Source: Anaeromyxobacter sp. (GTDB taxonomy: Bacteria; Myxococcota; Myxococcia; Myxococcales; Anaeromyxobacteraceae). From it: DNA of 64,000 nt. Location: positions 10,759 to 74,758 of the forward strand of contig DASRZU010000025.1 in the NCBI GenBank assembly GCA_035686075.1, in the 5' to 3' direction. The notes under the pieces are model-generated. The model made no database searches, had not been told where the DNA came from, and saw only the letters and a list, made by a program, of their open reading frames with translations. Made by a program: the position numbers and the translations under genes. Shown piece after piece: positions 60,734-64,000 of the stretch; within the stretch, counting starts at the first letter, position 1, and every line of letters starts with the position of its first letter.

Positions 60734-61419
60734 TGCGTCACCAGATGGAAGAGCCGGTTCCAGCGCGGCCCATTCGGCCCCCATGACGCGAGAGCCACCC
60801 AGGCCCGGCCCTTGATGCGCTTGATGGACTGGGGGCCGAAAACCCGGCTGTCGGCGGAGTGATCGCGGTGGTCCCCGGCGAGCCAGACAGTGCCTTCGGG
60901 GACCGTCTGCACCTCGACGTCGCCGCAGGGCACGTCCGGGGTGCAGTAGGTGTGGTAGTGGTGCGTGCCGAGCGTCTCCACGAAGTCGACGCAGGCCTCC
61001 TCGCGCCACTCCCCGCCCTCGGGGCGGTTCCAGTAGGTGCAAGCACCCGGGACGCGCTCCCGCGGGACCGGGGTGCCGTTCAACACCAGGTGGCCATCCC
61101 GGATCTCCACCGTGTCGCCGGCCACCGCGACCACCCGCTTGATGAGGTCGTCGCTGCGGGGGTTCCCAGGGGGAGCCAAGAGGACCACGATGTCGCCGCG
61201 CCGCGGGCTCGACCAGGTGAACTGGGCGGCGGGGGTGAAGGGCAGGCGGGCACCGAAGGCCCACTTCTCGACCACCACGTAGTCGCCGATCTGGAGGCTC
61301 GGGATCATCGAGCCCGACGGGATGTACACCGCCTCGTAGAGTAAGGTGCGGAACGCCAGCACCGCCAGGATGGTGAGCGTCCAGCCCCGGACCTCCTTCA
61401 TGACCTTGGCACGATCCAC
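60730..61419 (-). CDS. lepB: Signal peptidase I
   Basis: IPSGSMIP (Ser), RGDIVV, LIKRV (Lys), GDHRDHSADSR; GGAG SD before GTG. Confidence 0.93.
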   Translation of the reverse strand: MDRAKVMKEVRGWTLTILAVLAFRTLLYEAVYIPSGSMIPSLQIGDYVVVEKWAFGARLPFTPAAQFTWSSPRRGDIVVLLAPPGNPRSDDLIKRVVAVAGDTVEIRDGHLVLNGTPVPRERVPGACTYWNRPEGGEWREEACVDFVETLGTHHYHTYCTPDVPCGDVEVQTVPEGTVWLAGDHRDHSADSRVFGPQSIKRIKGRAWVALASWGPNGPRWNRLFHLVTH

Positions 61420-61627
61420 GGTCCCCGCGTCTCCTATTCCACCCGCATGGCCTCCGCCGGATAAAGCCGACAGGCGCGCACCGCGGGGTCGATCCCGAAG
61501 AGGAGCCCCGCACCCAGGAAGTGGCGAGGCACACTATCACCGCCCAGGCCGGGATGCTCGCCGGAAGTTCACGCGTTTCCGCCCGAGCTGGGCGTCTCCC
61601 GCCCGAAGAGCACGCCCAGTCCCCCGT

Positions 61628-62479
61628 TCACCTCGACAGGGCCTCCACGCGGAGGCTCGAGTCGGGGATGGCGTAGATCGCGAATCCCGCGACTGGCCAG
61701 GAGGGGTAGGCGCGTGCCTCCCGGGCGATGAAGCGCGAAAGGGGCTCCTCGATCACGCGCTCCACGCCGCGGGTCGAGGTGGCGTGCCGGACGAGCCGCT
61801 CGCCCTCCGGTCCGATCACGACCAGCCCGACGTGCGAGACTCGCGTCGGACGGTCCACCCGGTCTTCACGCAGGACCAACACCACCGCTCCCTCCGGAAT
61901 GCGGGGGGCGACGGCCTCGAGGTCCTCGGGCAAGACCGCCCAGGTCTCAAAGCGCCCCAGCGGCTCACGGTCGCGGGGCAATCCCCAGACCGCCCGCCCT
62001 GCCCGGTGAACCTCGGTCCAGCTCGCGGCGGTGAAGGTCCGGGCAAGCAGGACCACTCGCTCGTCGGCGATCTCCCGGGTCGCCTCGGCGATCCAGCCGC
62101 GGGCGAGGTTGGCCGGGATCCATTGCGCCTGCATCTCGTGATGGCGCGCAGGAAGCGAGGGCGTTCCCTCGTACCGGATGTCGTCGAGAGCGCGGGCCGC
62201 CTCGGCCAGCGTGCGGCTACTCCCGAGAGCGATGGCGGTCTCCACGAACGTCTGGCAATCGAAGGCGTCGAGCCGGAAGCGCGGCTCGGGGTCGGGCCCG
62301 GCGCCCTCGCCGAGCGGGTCGCGCCGGTACTTCGCTCCGACGAGCCATCTCGTGGCGGCGGCGGCCCGTGCCCCTCCGGCCGGTGCCGCCGAAAGGGCGG
62401 CGAGGAGGCCGCGCGGGGCGGCCCCGCGATCGCCGGGCGCGGCGAGGAGAAGCGCTGCGAGGGCGCCAAAGGCGAGCAC
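61628..62479 (-). CDS. DUF1460 (NlpC/P60-like amidase) exported protein
   Basis: LGEG, FDCQTFVE, IRY, RHH, SHVG, RHA; start uncertain (GTG 9 nt after TACGCT). Confidence 0.82.
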   Translation of the reverse strand: MLAFGALAALLLAAPGDRGAAPRGLLAALSAAPAGGARAAAATRWLVGAKYRRDPLGEGAGPDPEPRFRLDAFDCQTFVETAIALGSSRTLAEAARALDDIRYEGTPSLPARHHEMQAQWIPANLARGWIAEATREIADERVVLLARTFTAASWTEVHRAGRAVWGLPRDREPLGRFETWAVLPEDLEAVAPRIPEGAVVLVLREDRVDRPTRVSHVGLVVIGPEGERLVRHATSTRGVERVIEEPLSRFIAREARAYPSWPVAGFAIYAIPDSSLRVEALSR

Positions 62480-62763
62480 GCCCTGGGAAGCGTAGGCCCG
62501 TCGTCGGGAGCGGTTCAAGGGGCTCGTACCGCGTCCGAGGTCGCTCGGGTGATCGGTTGCCTTCTCGGGCCCGGGGGCCAAGGGCTCATGCCCCGGCCAC
62601 CTCTCCCTCCCTGGATGCTCGTTGCGCTTCTCTGACGTATCGCGTTGCGGTACAACCCGATCGCCCGCTCCACGGCCGACCGGGGTGCCGCTCGCCGCCG
62701 AAGCGAGCCGCGCCGCCGGCGAGCGAGCGGGTCGACACCCTAAACGAGGTAAGATCGTCGCCA

Positions 62764-63531
62764 ATGGAATCGTCCGGTCGCATCGCCGTCCTTGTCCATC
62801 TCGCGCTCGCGACGGCGACTGCGTCGGTCTATGCGTTGGTGCTCCCACCTCGACCGGCGCGGCTCGCGGCCTACCGGGGGCCCATCGGAGCTCTCGGAGG
62901 CTGGGCGTACTGGGTGACTAGACCGGTGCTTCGGGCCGCACGGGTGCTGCACCTCACACCTGACGTTCTCACCGGCATCGGTCTCGGTCTGAACGTGGCG
63001 GCCGGGGTCCTCGTGGGACTCGGCGCATTCGGGTGGGCCTGGGTGAGCTTGCTGTGGGGCTCGGCGGCGGACCTTCTCGACGGCGAGCTCGCCCGGTGCA
63101 CGGGAACGAGCAGTCGAGCCGGCGCCTTTCTGGACTCGAGCCTCGATCGCATGTCCGAGATCGCATTGCTCGCTGGGCTCGGGTTCGTGCTCCACCCCCA
63201 GCGCGTGGGCGTGGCTTGCGTCATCGCCGCGCTCGGCGCCTCGTTCATGGTGAGCTACGCGAAAGCGCGGGGCGAGGGCCTGGGAGTCGCCTGTCCGACC
63301 TTCGGGCTGGAACGCCCCCACCGGCTCTTGGTTTTCATCGTCGCGATGCTCCTCGCGACCTTTCTCCCCCGGGCCGCGGGGGAGGAGCTTCTCACCTACA
63401 CCTGTGCGTTGGTGGCCCTGAGCGCGGGGCTGACGGCTCTCGGCCGGATGGTCATCATCCACCAGCTTCTGCGACGGGAAGGTGAACCGTCGCGCGACTG
63501 GCACGGGACACCACCCGGAACGATGCCGTAG
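62764..63531 (+). CDS. CDP-alcohol phosphatidyltransferase
   Basis: TPDVLT, DLLDGELAR...GAFLDSSLDR.SE, MVSYAKARGE, ER. Confidence 0.92.
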   Translation: MESSGRIAVLVHLALATATASVYALVLPPRPARLAAYRGPIGALGGWAYWVTRPVLRAARVLHLTPDVLTGIGLGLNVAAGVLVGLGAFGWAWVSLLWGSAADLLDGELARCTGTSSRAGAFLDSSLDRMSEIALLAGLGFVLHPQRVGVACVIAALGASFMVSYAKARGEGLGVACPTFGLERPHRLLVFIVAMLLATFLPRAAGEELLTYTCALVALSAGLTALGRMVIIHQLLRREGEPSRDWHGTPPGTMP

Positions 63532-63542
63532 GGTTCTCCTAA

Positions 63543-64000
63543 GTGCGCGTGTGCATCGTCACCCCCTATGATCTCTCGCACGAAGGCGGCGTGAACCAGC
63601 ACGTTCGCTCCCTGGCGCGGGCGCTCGGCGGCCTCGGGCACTACGCCCGGGTGATCGGGCCGGCCAGCGACGGCGTTCCCGACGGTTGCACGGCGCTCCC
63701 CGGGGTCATTCCCATCCGGGCCAACGGCTCGGTGGCCCGCATCGGCCTGCTGGTGTCGCCGCGGGCCACGCGGGAGCACCTCGCGGCGGGTGCCTACGAC
63801 GTCGTTCACGTGCACGAGCCGATCGTTCCTGGCCCCGGCCGCCAGGCCTTGCGCTTCTCCCGGGTCCCCGTGGTCGCCACCTTCCACGCCAACGCGGAGA
63901 ACGAGTTGCCACTCCAGCGCATCCTGCGCCGCTTCGCCTCTGCCGGGCTGTCGAGCATCGCCCGGGGCATCGCCGTCTCGCGGGCCGCCAAGCGCTTCTC
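63543..64000 (+). CDS. GT4 glycosyltransferase, PimA-like (partial, runs off the window; not in the ORF track)
   Basis: Hand translation: VRVCIVTPYDLSHEGGVNQHV...IRANGSVARI...DVVHVHEP...VVATFHA...IAVS; no stop before the window end. Confidence 0.88.
   Translation, partial: MRVCIVTPYDLSHEGGVNQHVRSLARALGGLGHYARVIGPASDGVPDGCTALPGVIPIRANGSVARIGLLVSPRATREHLAAGAYDVVHVHEPIVPGPGRQALRFSRVPVVATFHANAENELPLQRILRRFASAGLSSIARGIAVSRAAKRF

Noticed and set aside
61563-61571. GGAAGTTCA matching the right end of the MITE-like element
   Set aside because: Only 9 bp, with no CTAG at the matching offset and no partner repeat.

Overview
About 70% GC chromosomal segment whose gene content fits an anaerobic Myxococcota bacterium such as the Anaeromyxobacteraceae (inference from a PilZ-REC protein, zf-TFIIB protein, Ser/Thr kinase, nifJ-type PFOR and a split nuo cluster). 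It is mostly housekeeping: nifJ, a sugar ABC transporter with a PfkB kinase, proBA-rsfS, purF, HU, nuoEF-JK, plsY, ftsK, gatCAB, rplU-rpmA-obgE, kdsB-pyrG-lpxL-lptCAB-rpoN-hpf-ptsN, a GH3, an ATP-dependent ligase, tag and lepB. I found no rRNA, tRNA, CRISPR array, transposase or integrase, and no clear multi-gene novel system. The best leads are: (1) a ~197-bp, lower-GC, CTAG-flanked, inverted-repeat-bounded, multi-hairpin element at the lepB stop codon (MITE-like or structured RNA); (2) a KirBac-like channel that has lost its K+ filter; (3) a CDP-alcohol transferase plus PimA-like gene pair; (4) a stand-alone Card1/DUF1887-like nuclease domain protein; (5) a recurrent TANNNT box 6-10 nt before SD-less start codons; (6) a structured hpf leader. 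All family calls come from motif recognition by eye, not database searches, and many starts were re-picked from the supplied ORF track.
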